NCBI GenBank assembly: GCA_963814585.1
Contig: CAWFDF010000014.1
Location: 32,001 to 96,000 of the forward strand
Source: an uncultured delta proteobacterium
GTDB lineage: Bacteria; Myxococcota; Myxococcia; Myxococcales; Anaeromyxobacteraceae
Direction: 5' to 3'
Length of the DNA: 64,000 bases
Shown here: positions 51,666 through 62,822 of the stretch, in pieces
How the letters are laid out: the number at the start of each line of letters is the position of its first letter
Position numbering within the stretch: the stretch's first letter is position 1
Made by a program: the position numbers and the translations under genes
Notes under the pieces: generated by a model
The model's input: only the letters and a program-made list of their open reading frames with translations
Told to the model about the DNA's origin: nothing
Databases searched by the model: none

Positions 51666-51690
51666 CGATTCACGCCACCGGAGGAGCTTC

Positions 51691-53015
51691 ATGGGCCGGC
51701 TTTCCGCCGTCATCGCCGCAGCTTCCCTGCTCGCCCTGGGCGCCCCCACCCGGGCCGCCGAGATCACCCATGTCGCCACCGCGGCCGAGCCCGACAGCGC
51801 CTTCAACCTCGACCTCTCCCTGCGGTGGGAGCGGACCCAGAAGAAGGCCACCATCACCCGGGAGCAGGCCACCGCCCCGACCGCCGCCGAGCCCTTCGGG
51901 CGCGTCGACGACGTGCCCGAGCTGGCCTACGGCGAGATCACCAACGTGGTCGTCCCGCGCCTGGCGGCCGGCCTCTACCAGGACCTCGAGCTCCACCTCG
52001 AGTTCCCGTACTTCCTCGGGAAGGACGTCTCCTGGAAGTACGCCAGCGGCATCGCCGTGGCCGCGGACAGCGCCATCTCCAGCAACACCGTCGACGCCAA
52101 CGGCGACCCCTGCCCGGTTGCCCCGTGCCCGCTCTTCTCCGCCGGCCCCAAGGACACCACCGCCTTTCACGGCGGCGTGGCCGGCGACCTGAAGGTCGGG
52201 CTGGCGTGGGGCATCTTCTCCGACGTCAAGGACGACACCAAGCCGTTCTGGCTGGTGGGCTTCGACGTCACCTTCCCCACCTCGACCCTCTACGACCCGT
52301 GGGTCGGGCGGGAGGCCCCGGCAACTACAACTCGCCCCACCTCCTGCCCTCCAAGCTCGGGCCGGTCGGCCAGAAGATCTGGAAGTTCGACTTCCAGACC
52401 GCCCTCTCCAAGCGGATGGGGCCCATCGACCCGTACTTCAAGGTGCACGTGACGCTGCCGCGCCGCTTCTCCTCCACCTACTCCAACTGCGACCACGTCA
52501 ACGATCCGGCGCCTGGCACGCCGCCGGGCACCGACGTCGCCGCCACCAACTGCGGCCTGCCCCAGTGGAAGGACGAGGCCGGCGCCAAGCTGCCGTGGAA
52601 CGGCGGCCTGACCTTCGGGATCGAGCTCATCCCGCTCGAGAACAAGGTCGAGGGGCAGCGGGTGGTCATCGACCTGCGCCTGAACGGCGAGTACACCTCG
52701 AAGGGGCGCTGGTACAACGAGCTGACCGACGCCACCGGCAAGCTGCTCTACACCGAGAGCCACATGCAGCTCGGCGGGCTGCTCTCCTTCCTGTACCGCG
52801 CCTCCAGGTACGTGGCCGTGCAGGGCCAGGCCGGCTACACCTGGGAGACCTCGCACCTGCTGACCGGCGAGCCGCTCGGCGTCGCCGATGGGACCAACAC
52901 CTCGCCCGACCAGAACCCCAACTTCGACTGGCGCTGGGACGCCCCCGGCCGCCGCTTCCGCATCACCAGCGTCGGCGTCTTCACGCTCCAGCTGGCCGGC
53001 ATCCTCAACTTCTAG
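51691..53015 (+). CDS. Exported, probable outer-membrane beta-barrel protein, frameshift near 52310-52322
   Basis: Signal peptide and GGAGGAG RBS. The coding-like frame switches near GRE/GGPGNYN. C-terminal LQLAGILNF ends in Phe. Confidence 0.7.
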
Positions 53016-53874
53016 TCCCGCGCTTCAGCCGCTCCAGCGCGTCGTACACCTCGCCACGCTTCAGCCCGCGGGCCCGGGCCACCTCGCGGGCGGTCAGGCC
53101 CGGCGCCTCCCCGGCCGCCAGCCGGCGCCGAAGCTCGACGTCGAGCGGCTCCTCGTCCAGCGGCGCCGGCGTCTCGTCGGCCCCGGCCACCACCACGGTC
53201 ACCTCCCCCTTCACCTCCCCGGCGAAGCGCGTGGCCAGCTGGGAGAGCCGCCCGCGGGCCAGCTCCTCGTGGAGCTTGGTCAGCTCGCGCCCGACCACCG
53301 CCAGCCGATCGCCCAGCGCCCCGGCCAGGTCGGAGAGCGTCGCGCCGGTCCGGTTGCCGGCCTCGTAGAGCACCAGGGTCACCGGCAGGGCGCGCAGGAA
53401 GGCCAGGCGCTCCGCCCGCCCGCCTCCCTTGCGGGGCAGGAATCCGGCGAAGAAGAACTGGTCGGCGGGCAGGCCGGAGGCCATCAGCGCCGCCAGGGCG
53501 GCCGAGGGACCCGGGACGGGCACGACCCGCGCCCCGGCCTCCCAGGCAGCCGCCACCAGCGCCACGCCGGGGTCGGAGACCCCCGGGGTGCCGGCGTCGG
53601 TGCAGAGCGCCACGTCCTGGCCGGCCCGCAGCCGCGCCACGATGGGCTCCAGCCGGCCGCGCTCGTCGAAGGCCGGCAGCGAGAGGAGCGTCGGCGCGTC
53701 GGCCCCGAGGTGGGCGAAGAGCCTCGAGGTGCGCCGCGTGTCCTCGGCGGCCACCGCGCCCGCCGCCCGGAGCACCGCAGCGGCGCGGGGCGTCAGGTCG
53801 CCGAGGTTGCCGATGGGGGTGGCCAGCACGTAGAGCGTCCCCATCCCCGCTCCCGCGCCGCGCTCGCTGCTCAC
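53005..53874 (-). CDS. rsmI: 16S rRNA (cytidine1402-2'-O)-methyltransferase
   Basis: LYVLATPIGNLGD, AEDTR, DAGTPGVSDPG, RELTKLHEE, KGE. Start may be ATG 53844. Confidence 0.95.
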   Translation of the reverse strand: MSSERGAGAGMGTLYVLATPIGNLGDLTPRAAAVLRAAGAVAAEDTRRTSRLFAHLGADAPTLLSLPAFDERGRLEPIVARLRAGQDVALCTDAGTPGVSDPGVALVAAAWEAGARVVPVPGPSAALAALMASGLPADQFFFAGFLPRKGGGRAERLAFLRALPVTLVLYEAGNRTGATLSDLAGALGDRLAVVGRELTKLHEELARGRLSQLATRFAGEVKGEVTVVVAGADETPAPLDEEPLDVELRRRLAAGEAPGLTAREVARARGLKRGEVYDALERLKRGTRS

Positions 53875-54263
53875 GGGCAGGCCCGCCCCGAGGCGTCGAA
53901 GGCGCCCCGCACCAGCTCGAAGCGCGGCGCCTCGCCGTCCAGCAGGACGCCGACCACGTCGAAGCGCAGGGGCCGCTCCAGCGCCCCGTTCCGCATGGCC
54001 CAGTCGGTCGCCGCCGCCACCACCCGCCGCGCCTTGGCGGCGCCCACCGTCTCGAGTGGCGAGCCATGCGCGGCGCTGGCGCGGCTGCGCACCTCGACGA
54101 AGCAGATGACGCCACCGTCGAGGCAGATCAGGTCCACCTCGCCCCGCCTGGTGGCGTGGTTGCGCGCCAGCGTCCGGTACCCGAGCCCGGACAGGAAGCG
54201 CTCGGCCAGCGCCTCGGCCTCGCGGCCACGATCCCGGCGCGGCGCGCCCCCGGTCGAGTTCAC
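53871..54263 (-). CDS. yraN: YraN/UPF0102 family nuclease-like protein
   Basis: G..AE..A, RN....GEVDLI, FVEVRSR, RFDVV. Confidence 0.92.
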   Translation of the reverse strand: MNSTGGAPRRDRGREAEALAERFLSGLGYRTLARNHATRRGEVDLICLDGGVICFVEVRSRASAAHGSPLETVGAAKARRVVAAATDWAMRNGALERPLRFDVVGVLLDGEAPRFELVRGAFDASGRACP

Positions 54264-54270
54264 CTGGACC

Positions 54271-56148
54271 TCACGCCTGGTGGTCCGCCGCCTCGCGGAA
54301 GGCGGGATCGGCGGTGGCGTGGATCACCTGGCCGGGCCGGGCCAGCGCCTTGAGCATCCGGCCGGCGGTGCGCCGCACGCTGTCGGAGAGGCCGGCGAAG
54401 GCGTCCTCCAGGATGGCCACCGTCCGGCCGCCGGCCACCGCCTGGTCGAGGAGCGCCAGCTTGATGGCCAGGAAGACCAGGTCGCGCTCGGATGGCGGCA
54501 AGGTCATGGCCGGGATGGCTCGCCCTCCGCTCACCACCTGCACGTTGCCGCGGTCGTCGGCGCCCACGCCGGTCAGCCGGTTGAGGGTGAAGCCGGCGAC
54601 CGCCTGCGAGGCCTTGGCCGCCAGCCCTCTCGCCACCGAGGCCGGGCTCCCGCCCAGCAGCAGCGCCGCCCGTTCCAGCAGGCCGCGAAGCGGCTCGCCG
54701 CCCGCCACCGCCGCAACGGGGAGCGCCGGCGTCGGGGCAGCCACCGGGGCCTGGGGCGCCGACGCCTCGGCCTCGACGCGGGCCAGCTCGGCCTGGACCG
54801 ACTGGGCGTCGCGCACGAAGCCGCCGACCTGCTGCGAGAGCCTGGTCTCCACCTGGCGCAGCTCCTCCTCGACCTGCCGCCGCGCGGCGAGGGCGTCGGT
54901 GGTCTGGGCGTCGGCCTCCCAGTCCGCCAGACGCTGCCGGGCCTCGGCCACCCCTTGCTCGGCGACCGCCAGGCGCTCCAGGGCGTCCTTCAGCTCGCTG
55001 GCCCTGGTGAACCCCAGCGACTTGAGCGCGTCGTGAACCAGCCCGGCGTCGCGGGCGAACTGGGCCTGGACCCGGGAGGACCACTCGTCGATGACCTGGC
55101 CGCGCCTCCCGATCCGCCCCCAGGCCTCGTGCGCGTCGATCCAGCGGAGCGCGAGCCACGCCGACCAGCCGAAGGCCGGGATGTCGAGCAGCGCCAGGTA
55201 GCGCAGGCCGGAGTCGCCGGCCGCGAGGCCGGCCGTGAGGAACGCCAGCCCGCCCAGCACGCCGGCCAGGAACGGCGGCGCCGTCCAGACCGGCGGCGGC
55301 GCCCCACGGGCCCGCGCCTCGTCGATGGCCTCGCGCTCGCCCGCGATCCTGGCCTCGGCGTCGGCCCGCCTGGCCGCCGACCTCTCGAACGCCACCAGCC
55401 TGGCCGGCGGGTCGCCCAGCGCGGCGGCCACCCGGGCCACCGGCTCCAGCGCTGCCCGCTCGGCCTCCGCGGCGGCCAGCCCCTCGTTCACCCGCTCCCC
55501 GCTCTTGAGGGCCTCCTCCAGCTTGAAGAGGCGCGACTGGGCGTGGTCGAGCTGCTGCTGCAGCTTCTCCGCGACCCGGGACCGCTCCAGCTCCCCGCGC
55601 AGCTCCTCGATCCGCTTGCGCGCCTGCTCGCCGCTGAGGGTGGCACGGGCCACGGCCGGGGAGGCCGGACCGGACCCGAGCCCGCCTGCCGCCCTGCTGG
55701 GGAGCTCGGAGGTGGCGATGGAGAGGAGCGCCGACAACCGCTCCTGGGAGGGGACGCCGACCGGACCTCCCAGGTAGCTCGCGATCTCGGCCAGGTCCTG
55801 CGACACCGGGGCGAAGGCGCGCTTCTCGGGATCGAAGCGATGGAGCTGGCAGCCTGCTCCGAAGTCACGCACCAGCCGGTAGGTGATCCGGTCGTCGCCG
55901 ACCAGCGTCAGTCCGGCCCGCACCGGGCCGCCACCGGGCGCGCCCTGGGCTCGCGCCAGGGCCTCGACGTCGCCGGGCTGGGGGTGGAGGAGCGCCTCGA
56001 GCAGCCGGCGCAGGGCGGCGCCATCGGCCGCCACCACGTTGTAGCCGGGGCGCAGCGTGGCGCGGCCGCCGGCAGGCGCCACGCCACGGACACCCTGGGC
56101 TGCGAACTCGAGGAGGAGCACGTCGGGCGATGCTAACGCCGCCGCCAT
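54271..56148 (-). CDS. SMC/Rad50-like coiled-coil protein with degenerate ABC-ATPase motifs and two central TM segments
   Basis: Split head architecture. LRPGYNVVAADG replaces Walker A, LPPSE replaces the LSGGE signature, ILEDAF is Walker-B-like, and QVIHAT follows. Confidence 0.7.
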   Translation of the reverse strand: MAAALASPDVLLLEFAAQGVRGVAPAGGRATLRPGYNVVAADGAALRRLLEALLHPQPGDVEALARAQGAPGGGPVRAGLTLVGDDRITYRLVRDFGAGCQLHRFDPEKRAFAPVSQDLAEIASYLGGPVGVPSQERLSALLSIATSELPSRAAGGLGSGPASPAVARATLSGEQARKRIEELRGELERSRVAEKLQQQLDHAQSRLFKLEEALKSGERVNEGLAAAEAERAALEPVARVAAALGDPPARLVAFERSAARRADAEARIAGEREAIDEARARGAPPPVWTAPPFLAGVLGGLAFLTAGLAAGDSGLRYLALLDIPAFGWSAWLALRWIDAHEAWGRIGRRGQVIDEWSSRVQAQFARDAGLVHDALKSLGFTRASELKDALERLAVAEQGVAEARQRLADWEADAQTTDALAARRQVEEELRQVETRLSQQVGGFVRDAQSVQAELARVEAEASAPQAPVAAPTPALPVAAVAGGEPLRGLLERAALLLGGSPASVARGLAAKASQAVAGFTLNRLTGVGADDRGNVQVVSGGRAIPAMTLPPSERDLVFLAIKLALLDQAVAGGRTVAILEDAFAGLSDSVRRTAGRMLKALARPGQVIHATADPAFREAADHQA

Positions 56149-56187
56149 CCAACTGGAAGGACGGCGTGGCCCGGCCGGGCCGGGAGG

Positions 56188-56571
56188 CTACGCCGGCCCG
56201 GCCACCGGGGCCACCACCCCGGCGCCCTCGTCGTGGGTGAGGCGGGCGGCCTTGCCCTTGAGGTCTCGCAGGTAGAACAGGCGTGAGCGCCGGACGTCAC
56301 CGTGGTTCACCACCTCGATCTTGTCGATGCGAGGGCTGTGGGTCGGGAAGATGCGCTCCACGCCGACGCCGTAGCTCACCTTGCGGACCGTGAAGGTGCC
56401 GCGGGGGCCCCCTTCCCGCTTGGCGATGATCACGCCCTCGAAGATCTGGATGCGCTCCTTGTCGCCTTCCTTGATCTTGGTGTGGACCTTCACCTGGTCT
56501 CCGGCGCGGAGCGCGGGGACGTTCGACTTCAGGTACTTCGCCTCGACGGCGGCAATCGCGTCACGCAGCAT
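56188..56571 (-). CDS. rplS: 50S ribosomal protein L19
   Basis: [39 protein letters not shown]. Confidence 0.98.
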   Translation of the reverse strand: MLRDAIAAVEAKYLKSNVPALRAGDQVKVHTKIKEGDKERIQIFEGVIIAKREGGPRGTFTVRKVSYGVGVERIFPTHSPRIDKIEVVNHGDVRRSRLFYLRDLKGKAARLTHDEGAGVVAPVAGPA

Positions 56572-56600
56572 GGCCTGTCCTTCTCCTTGGAACCGCTCTT

Positions 56601-57347
56601 CTACAACTCGTCGTCGCCGGCGTCGAGGAGGAGTCGATCCTCCTCCGTCAACCGGCCCCCCTCGAGGAGGTCCGGCCGCCGATCCCGGGTGGCCCGCAGC
56701 GCCTCGCGCCGCCTCCACCGCTCGATCCGCCGGTGATCCCCCGAGAGGAGGACCTCCGGCACCTGGTTCCCCCGGAACACCGGGGGGCGGGTGTAGTGGG
56801 GGTGCTCGAGCACCCCGTCCTGCCCCGCGAAGCTCTCATCTCCCGCCGAGGCCTCGTTGCCGAGCACCCCGGGTATCAGCCGCGCGGCCGCATCCACCAC
56901 GCACAGCGCCGCCAGCTCCCCGCCGGTCAGGACGAAATCCCCGACCGACACCTCCAGGTCGATCGAGCCCGACACCCGCTCGTCGACGCCTTCGTACCTC
57001 CCGCAGACCAGGATGAGCTTGCCGTGCCCGGCCAGCGTCCTCGCCCGCGCCTGATCGAACCTGGCGCCTCGCGGGCTCATCAGCACCGCCAGCGCGCCCG
57101 GCAGCCGCGCCCGGGCCGCCTCGATGGCGGCCGTGAGCGGCTCTGGCTTCATCACCATGCCCGCCCCGCCGCCGTACGGCGCGTCGTCGGCGACCCGGTG
57201 CTTGCCTTCGGCGTGGTCGCGGATGTCCACCACCCGCACCGTCAGGAGCCCGCTCTCCTGCGCCTTCCCGAGGATGCTCTCCCCGAGATATCCCGAGCAC
57301 ATGCGCGGGAACAGCGTCAGGATCTCGACCTCCAGCTTGCCAGCCAC
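56601..57347 (-). CDS. trmD: tRNA (guanine37-N1)-methyltransferase
   Basis: [44 protein letters not shown]. Confidence 0.98.
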   Translation of the reverse strand: MAGKLEVEILTLFPRMCSGYLGESILGKAQESGLLTVRVVDIRDHAEGKHRVADDAPYGGGAGMVMKPEPLTAAIEAARARLPGALAVLMSPRGARFDQARARTLAGHGKLILVCGRYEGVDERVSGSIDLEVSVGDFVLTGGELAALCVVDAAARLIPGVLGNEASAGDESFAGQDGVLEHPHYTRPPVFRGNQVPEVLLSGDHRRIERWRRREALRATRDRRPDLLEGGRLTEEDRLLLDAGDDEL

Positions 57348-57362
57348 GCCCTCACCTCGTCT

Positions 57363-57875
57363 TCAGGGTCCTTCCGTCCCTCCCGGCCCGTCGAGCAGTC
57401 CCGCCGGCGGGTCCACCACGATCCGCTTCGCTTGAAGGTCCACCTCGGCATACGGTGCGAGCGGTATCAGCACCTCACCGCGCTCGCCGGTCACCACCAG
57501 CACGTCCACCCCTCCGGTCTCGTACAGCCCGGTCACCGTGCCCAGCCTCTCGCCCTGCACCGTCACCACCGGCAGCCCCTCGAGGTCGGCCCAGTAGTGG
57601 CTCCCCTCCCCGGCCTCGCCCAGCTCGTCCCGCTCGGCCAGCACCGTGGATCCGACCAGGCCCTCCGCGGCCGCCCGGTCCGGGATCCCCTCCAGCCGCA
57701 CCGCCCAGACCTTCCCCTGGGGCCTCGCCTCCAGGACCGCCAGCCGCCGCTGCTGGCCACCCCGCTCCAGCACCACCTGGCCGAGCCGGGCCAGGCCACC
57801 GTCCGTGCCACCGATCCCGACGAAGCCCTTGAGCCCCACCGCCCGCGTCACCCGGCCGATGGAGACCAGCGCCAT
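57363..57875 (-). CDS. rimM: Ribosome maturation factor RimM
   Basis: IGRV..AVGLKG, YWADLEG, ETGGVDVL, LIP. Operon position. Confidence 0.93.
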   Translation of the reverse strand: MALVSIGRVTRAVGLKGFVGIGGTDGGLARLGQVVLERGGQQRRLAVLEARPQGKVWAVRLEGIPDRAAAEGLVGSTVLAERDELGEAGEGSHYWADLEGLPVVTVQGERLGTVTGLYETGGVDVLVVTGERGEVLIPLAPYAEVDLQAKRIVVDPPAGLLDGPGGTEGP

Positions 57876-57878
57876 GGC

Positions 57879-58109
57879 TCAGTCGAGGATGTCGAGCACG
57901 GCGCGCCGGCCCTGCTGGCGCGCCGCGGCGTCGAGCACGGTCCGGAAGGCCTTGGCGGTCCGCCCGCCGCGGCCGATGACGCGCCCGAGGTCGTCGCGGG
58001 CCACCGTCAGCTCGAAGACGGTCGAGCGATCACGCTCGATGGCCTCCACGGTCACGGCGCCCCGGTCTTCGACGAGCTCGCGGGCGAGCCAGAGGACGAG
58101 GTCTCGCAC
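57879..58109 (-). CDS. khpA: KH-domain RNA-binding protein
   Basis: DLGRVIGRGGRTAKAFR, located between rpsP and rimM. Confidence 0.92.
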   Translation of the reverse strand: MRDLVLWLARELVEDRGAVTVEAIERDRSTVFELTVARDDLGRVIGRGGRTAKAFRTVLDAAARQQGRRAVLDILD

Positions 58110-58122
58110 CTGCGCCTCGGAC

Positions 58123-58383
58123 CTACTTGGCCGCCGCCGGCTTGGCCAGCTTGGACCGCTTGAGCAGCATCGCCACGGTCTGGCTGGGACGCGCCCCGGC
58201 GGCCAGCCAGTGCTGGACCCGCTCGGCCTTGAACTGGATCAACGCGGGCTTCCTCGTCGGGTCGTACATCCCGACGTCCTCGAGGTACTTGCCGTCGCGC
58301 GGCTTGCGCGAGTCGGTCGCCACCACGTGATAGAAGGGCGCCTTGTGCGTCCCCGCACGCGACAGCCGCAGAACAACCGCCAT
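58123..58383 (-). CDS. rpsP: 30S ribosomal protein S16
   Basis: MAVVLRLSRAG...PFYHVVATDSRKPRDG...GARPSQTV. Confidence 0.98.
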   Translation of the reverse strand: MAVVLRLSRAGTHKAPFYHVVATDSRKPRDGKYLEDVGMYDPTRKPALIQFKAERVQHWLAAGARPSQTVAMLLKRSKLAKPAAAK

Positions 58384-58433
58384 GTGAACCTCACTCCTCG
58401 GCCCCACCGCTGGTGGGCGCCGGATCACGACCG

Positions 58434-58871
58434 CTACTCCGCGGTCTTCTTGGTCTTGGCCTTCGTGGCCTTGGACGTGGTGGCCTTGGTCTCGCCCTCG
58501 GGCTCGGCCGCCGGGGTCTTCTCGACCAGCTCGATCACCGCCATCTCGGCGTTGTCGCCGGCGCGGCGCCCCACCCGGATGATGCGGGTGTAGCCGCCCG
58601 GCCGGGACTTGAAGCGCGCGGCCACCGGGCCGAACAGCTTCACCAGCACCTCGACGTCGCGGATGTCGCGGTGGAGGAGCCGGCGCGCGTGCGGGGTGCC
58701 GCGCTTGGCCATGGTGATCGCCTTGTCGGCGATCCGCTTCAGCTCCTTGGCCTTCGGCGTGGTGGTGACGATCTTCTCGTGACGGATCAGCGAGGTCACC
58801 ATGTTCTTGAACATGGCCGTACGGTGCTCGGTGGTGCGATCGAGCCTGCGGCCGACAATCCGATGCTTCAT
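58434..58871 (-). CDS. rplQ: 50S ribosomal protein L17
   Basis: MKHR...[27 protein letters not shown]. Confidence 0.98.
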   Translation of the reverse strand: MKHRIVGRRLDRTTEHRTAMFKNMVTSLIRHEKIVTTTPKAKELKRIADKAITMAKRGTPHARRLLHRDIRDVEVLVKLFGPVAARFKSRPGGYTRIIRVGRRAGDNAEMAVIELVEKTPAAEPEGETKATTSKATKAKTKKTAE

Positions 58872-58898
58872 CTGGTTCTTCCTTTCGGCGCCGCGGCG

Positions 58899-59918
58899 CT
58901 AGACCTTCGGCACGACCGGGGCGATCTTCGGCGGCCAGCTCTCGAGCTTCATCCCGAGCGAAAGACCCATCTCGGCCAGGATCTCCTTGATCTCCTTCAG
59001 CGACTTGCGGCCGAAGTTCTTGGTCTTCAGCATCTCGGCCTCGGTCTTCTGCACCAGGTCGCCGATGGTCTTGATGTTGGCGTTCTGGAGGCAGTTGGCG
59101 CTGCGGACCGAGAGCTCCAGCTCGTCCACCGAGCGGAAGAGGTTCTCGTTGAGCTTGTGCTCCTCCACCGGCTTCACGTCCTCGACGGGCTCTTCGGTCT
59201 CGTCGAAGTTGATGAAGATGGAGAGCTGCTCCTTGATGATCTTGGCGGCGAAGGCCACCGCGTCGGCCGGGGTCACCGAGCCGTCGGTCCAGACCTCCAG
59301 CGTCAGCTTGTCGTAGTCGGTCTGCTGGCCGACGCGGGCGTTGGTGACCTGGTAGTTGACCTTGCGGACCGGGCTGAAGAGCGCGTCGATGGGGATGGTC
59401 CCGAGCGGCGCGCCGGGGACCTTGTTCTTGTCGGCCGAGACGTAGCTGCGGCCGCGGCGGGCGGTCATCTCCATCCGCACCCGTCCACCCTCGCTGATGG
59501 TGAGGATGTGGTGGCCGGGGTTGAGCACCTCGACCTGGCCGTCGGCGATGATGTCGCCCGCCTTGATCTCCCGCGGGCCATCGGCCTCGATCCGGACGGT
59601 CTTCACCTCGTTGGTGTGGATCTGGAGGAGGACCTCCTTGAGGTTGAGGATGATGTCGGTGACGTCCTCGGCGACCTCGGGGATGGTCATGAACTCGTGC
59701 TCGACGCCCTCGACCTTGATCGAGGTGATGGCGGCGCCCTGCAGGCTGGAGAGGAGCACGCGGCGCAGCGCGTTGCCGAGCGTGATCCCGAAGCCGCGCT
59801 CCAGCGGCTCGGCCACGAACTTGCCGTAGGTGTTGGAGAGGGACTCCTGGTCGATGGTCAGGCCGCGAGGCTTGATGAGATCTCGCCAGTTCTTGGTGGT
59901 GATCGCGTCGGACGCCAT
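58899..59918 (-). CDS. rpoA: RNA polymerase subunit alpha
   Basis: [39 protein letters not shown]. Confidence 0.99.
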   Translation of the reverse strand: MASDAITTKNWRDLIKPRGLTIDQESLSNTYGKFVAEPLERGFGITLGNALRRVLLSSLQGAAITSIKVEGVEHEFMTIPEVAEDVTDIILNLKEVLLQIHTNEVKTVRIEADGPREIKAGDIIADGQVEVLNPGHHILTISEGGRVRMEMTARRGRSYVSADKNKVPGAPLGTIPIDALFSPVRKVNYQVTNARVGQQTDYDKLTLEVWTDGSVTPADAVAFAAKIIKEQLSIFINFDETEEPVEDVKPVEEHKLNENLFRSVDELELSVRSANCLQNANIKTIGDLVQKTEAEMLKTKNFGRKSLKEIKEILAEMGLSLGMKLESWPPKIAPVVPKV

Positions 59919-60052
59919 GGGCTGTCTCCTTGCGCCGCCGCCCCCGCCCCGTCGCCGCCCAGCCAGGCGGATCGGGGCACCGTGGGACGCGCGGCCGTTG
60001 ACGTCGCGGGCCCGGCCTCGGCCGGGCCTGCGTCGTGTTGGAACGGCTGCAG

Positions 60053-60679
60053 CTACTTCGAGTACAGCTCGACGATGAGCTGCTCCTGGATGGGCATGGT
60101 GATGTCCTCGCGCGCCGGCGAGGTCTTCACGGTGCCCTTCTGGGCGGCCTTGTCCAGCTCCAGCCACGCCGGCACGCCGCGGCGGTCCACCGCCTCGAGC
60201 GCCTCGACGATGCGGGCGACCTTCCTGGACCGCTCCTTGAGCTCGACCACGTCGCCGACCCGGCACACGTAGCTGGCGATGTTGACCTTGCGGCCGTTCA
60301 CCCTGAAGTGGCCGTGGCGGACCAGCTGCCGGGCCTCGTTGCGGGTGTCGGCGAAGCCCATGCGGAAGACCACGTTGTCGAGCCGGAGCTCGAGGGCCTG
60401 CAGCAGGTTCTCGCCGGTCTTGCCCTTGGAGGCGGCGGCGTTGGCGTAGGCGTGGCGGAAGCCGGCCTCGAGGAGGCCGTACATGCGCTTCACCTTCTGC
60501 TTCTCGCGGAGCTGGACGCCGTACTCCGAGAACTTCACGCGACCCTGGCCGTGCTGGCCAGGCGGGTACGGGCGGCGCTCGATGGCGCACTTGTCCGTGT
60601 AGCAGCGGTCGCCCTTGAGGTACATCTTGAGGTTTTCCCGGCGGCAGAGCCGGCAGACGCTTTCGCAGTAACGAGCCAA
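60053..60679 (-). CDS. rpsD: 30S ribosomal protein S4
   Basis: [44 protein letters not shown]. Confidence 0.99.
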   Translation of the reverse strand: MARYCESVCRLCRRENLKMYLKGDRCYTDKCAIERRPYPPGQHGQGRVKFSEYGVQLREKQKVKRMYGLLEAGFRHAYANAAASKGKTGENLLQALELRLDNVVFRMGFADTRNEARQLVRHGHFRVNGRKVNIASYVCRVGDVVELKERSRKVARIVEALEAVDRRGVPAWLELDKAAQKGTVKTSPAREDITMPIQEQLIVELYSK

Positions 60680-60692
60680 GGTGTTCTCCTGA

Positions 60693-61205
60693 TCAGACGC
60701 GGCGGCGCTTGGGCGGCCGGCAGCCGTTGTGCGGGATCGGGGTGACGTCCCGGATGAGCGAGATCTTGAGGCCGGCGGCGGCCAGCGCGCGGAGCGCCGA
60801 CTCCCGTCCCGCGCCCGGACCGGTCACCACCACCGAGACGCTCTTCAGGCCGTGCTCCATGGCCTTGGCAGCGGCGTCCCCGGCGGCGACCTGCGCGGCG
60901 AAGGGGGTCGACTTGCGCGAGCCCTTGAAGCCACGGGCGCCGGCGCTCGACCAGGAGATGACGTTCCCGGTGACGTCGGTGATGGTGATCATCGTGTTGT
61001 TGAAGCTCGCGGCGATGTGCACGATGCCGCTGGCGATGTTCTTCTTGACCCGCTTCTTCCCCTTCTTCGGGGTGACGGGCGAAGCGGTGATGGGCTCGAT
61101 GCCGCCCAGGTTGGGCACGGAGGGGGTGCTCTCCTCGGCCTTGGGCGCCACGGCCACTTCAGGCTTCCTGGCGGGCTTCTCGGTCGTCTGCTTCTCGTCG
61201 GCCAC
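60693..61205 (-). CDS. rpsK: 30S ribosomal protein S11 with N-terminal extension
   Basis: [38 protein letters not shown]. Confidence 0.98.
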   Translation of the reverse strand: MADEKQTTEKPARKPEVAVAPKAEESTPSVPNLGGIEPITASPVTPKKGKKRVKKNIASGIVHIAASFNNTMITITDVTGNVISWSSAGARGFKGSRKSTPFAAQVAAGDAAAKAMEHGLKSVSVVVTGPGAGRESALRALAAAGLKISLIRDVTPIPHNGCRPPKRRRV

Positions 61206-61235
61206 TCGTCGTTCTCCGATGATGGAAGGGCGCCG

Positions 61236-61625
61236 CTACTTCGGCGCCGGTGCCGCGGTGGGGGCCTTGCGGACCAGCCCCTTCTTCGGGCCCTTGCGCG
61301 TGCGGGCGTTGGTGTGGGTGCGCTGGCCGCGGACCGGCAGCCCCTTGCGGTGACGAAGGCCACGATAGCAGCCGAGGTCCATCAGCCGCTTGATGTTCAT
61401 CGAGATCTCGCGGCGGAGGTCGCCCTCCACCTTGAGCGACTGCTCGATGGCCTCGCGGATGCGGCGGACCTCGTCGTCGGTCAGGTCCTTGGTGCGGGTG
61501 GTCACGTCGACCTTGGCGCGATCGCACAGCGCCGCCGCGGTGGTCCGGCCGATTCCGTAGATGTACTGCAGGCTGACCTCGATCCGCTTCTCGCGGGGAA
61601 GGTCGACGCCAGCGATGCGAGCCAT
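61236..61625 (-). CDS. rpsM: 30S ribosomal protein S13
   Basis: [38 protein letters not shown]. Confidence 0.99.
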   Translation of the reverse strand: MARIAGVDLPREKRIEVSLQYIYGIGRTTAAALCDRAKVDVTTRTKDLTDDEVRRIREAIEQSLKVEGDLRREISMNIKRLMDLGCYRGLRHRKGLPVRGQRTHTNARTRKGPKKGLVRKAPTAAPAPK

Positions 61626-61652
61626 TCGTCTACTCTCCAGTCTCGCGCCGGG

Positions 61653-61769
61653 CTAGCCCTGGCGCTGCTTGTGACGGGGGTTGGCCGGGCAGATGATCCG
61701 CACGGTGCCCTTGCGCTTGATGACCTTGCACTTGTCGCAAATCTTCTTGACCGACGCGCGGACCTTCAT
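61653..61769 (-). CDS. rpmJ: 50S ribosomal protein L36
   Basis: [21 protein letters not shown]...[13 protein letters not shown] with GGAGG RBS. Confidence 0.98.
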   Translation of the reverse strand: MKVRASVKKICDKCKVIKRKGTVRIICPANPRHKQRQG

Positions 61770-62036
61770 GACCGACGCCTCCCTGAGCTGCGCCATCCAA
61801 AGACGAGAAGCCCCGCCGCGGCTTCCGGCGGGACCGGCGGTGAGAGCCTCCGCGCTCTCGACACCAAACCGCCCGATATTCTCCGGGATTTCCCGGCTGG
61901 GCCGCGTCCTGCACGCGGCTTTGCGGAGGCGGCTCTTTAACACAGGGCTTTTTCAGGTGCAAGCGACCGCGCTGAACCCGGAATCAACCCTTCACCCTCA
62001 CCACCTGTCGACGGGTGCCCCAGAAGCGGCACCCAG

Positions 62037-62804
62037 TCATAACGTCAGGACTTCTGGCCCTTTTTCGGTAACCAGCACGGTGTGCTCGAAATGGGCGGAG
62101 AGCCGGCCGTCCACCGTGTAGGCGGTCCAGCCGTCGGCGCGGGTGTCGACCTCGCAGCGGCCCGCGTTGACCATCGGCTCGATGGCCAGGGCCATCCCGG
62201 GCCGGAGCCGGGGCCCCGTCCCGGGGGTGCCGAAGTTGGGGATCTGCGGCGGCTCGTGGAGGCGGCGGCCGATCCCGTGGCCGACGAAGTCCCGGACCAC
62301 CGAGAACCCGGCCGGCTCGACGCAGCGCTGGACGGCGGCGCCCAGATCGCCGACCCGGGCATCCGGACGGACCTCGGCCACCGCCGCGTCCAGCGCCGCG
62401 CTGGTGACCTCCAGCAGCCGGCGCGCCTCGTCGCTCACCGCGCCGACCGCGACGGTGATGGCGGCGTCGCCGTAGAACCCGTCGAGCACCACGCCGAAGT
62501 CGAGGCCCACGACGTCCCCCGCCCGCAGCAGCCGCGACGCCGAGGGGATGCCGTGCACCACCTCCTCGTTGACCGAGGCGCACAGCGTGGCCGGGTAGCC
62601 GTGGTAGCCCTTGAAGGCCGGCTCGGCGCCGCGCCGGCGCGCGCCTTCCTCGGCGAGCCGATCGAGATCGAGCGTGCTGATCCCGGGTGCGACCGCGGCG
62701 CGCAGCTCGGCGAGGACCTCGGCCACCACGCGGCAGGCGGCTCGCAGGCGCACGATCTCCTCGGGGGACTTGACGACGATCCGTTCGCCCGAGCGCGCGT
62801 CCAT
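62037..62804 (-). CDS. map: Methionine aminopeptidase type I
   Basis: [44 protein letters not shown]. Confidence 0.98.
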   Translation of the reverse strand: MDARSGERIVVKSPEEIVRLRAACRVVAEVLAELRAAVAPGISTLDLDRLAEEGARRRGAEPAFKGYHGYPATLCASVNEEVVHGIPSASRLLRAGDVVGLDFGVVLDGFYGDAAITVAVGAVSDEARRLLEVTSAALDAAVAEVRPDARVGDLGAAVQRCVEPAGFSVVRDFVGHGIGRRLHEPPQIPNFGTPGTGPRLRPGMALAIEPMVNAGRCEVDTRADGWTAYTVDGRLSAHFEHTVLVTEKGPEVLTL

Positions 62805-62822
62805 GGATCCTCGGTGGTGCGG

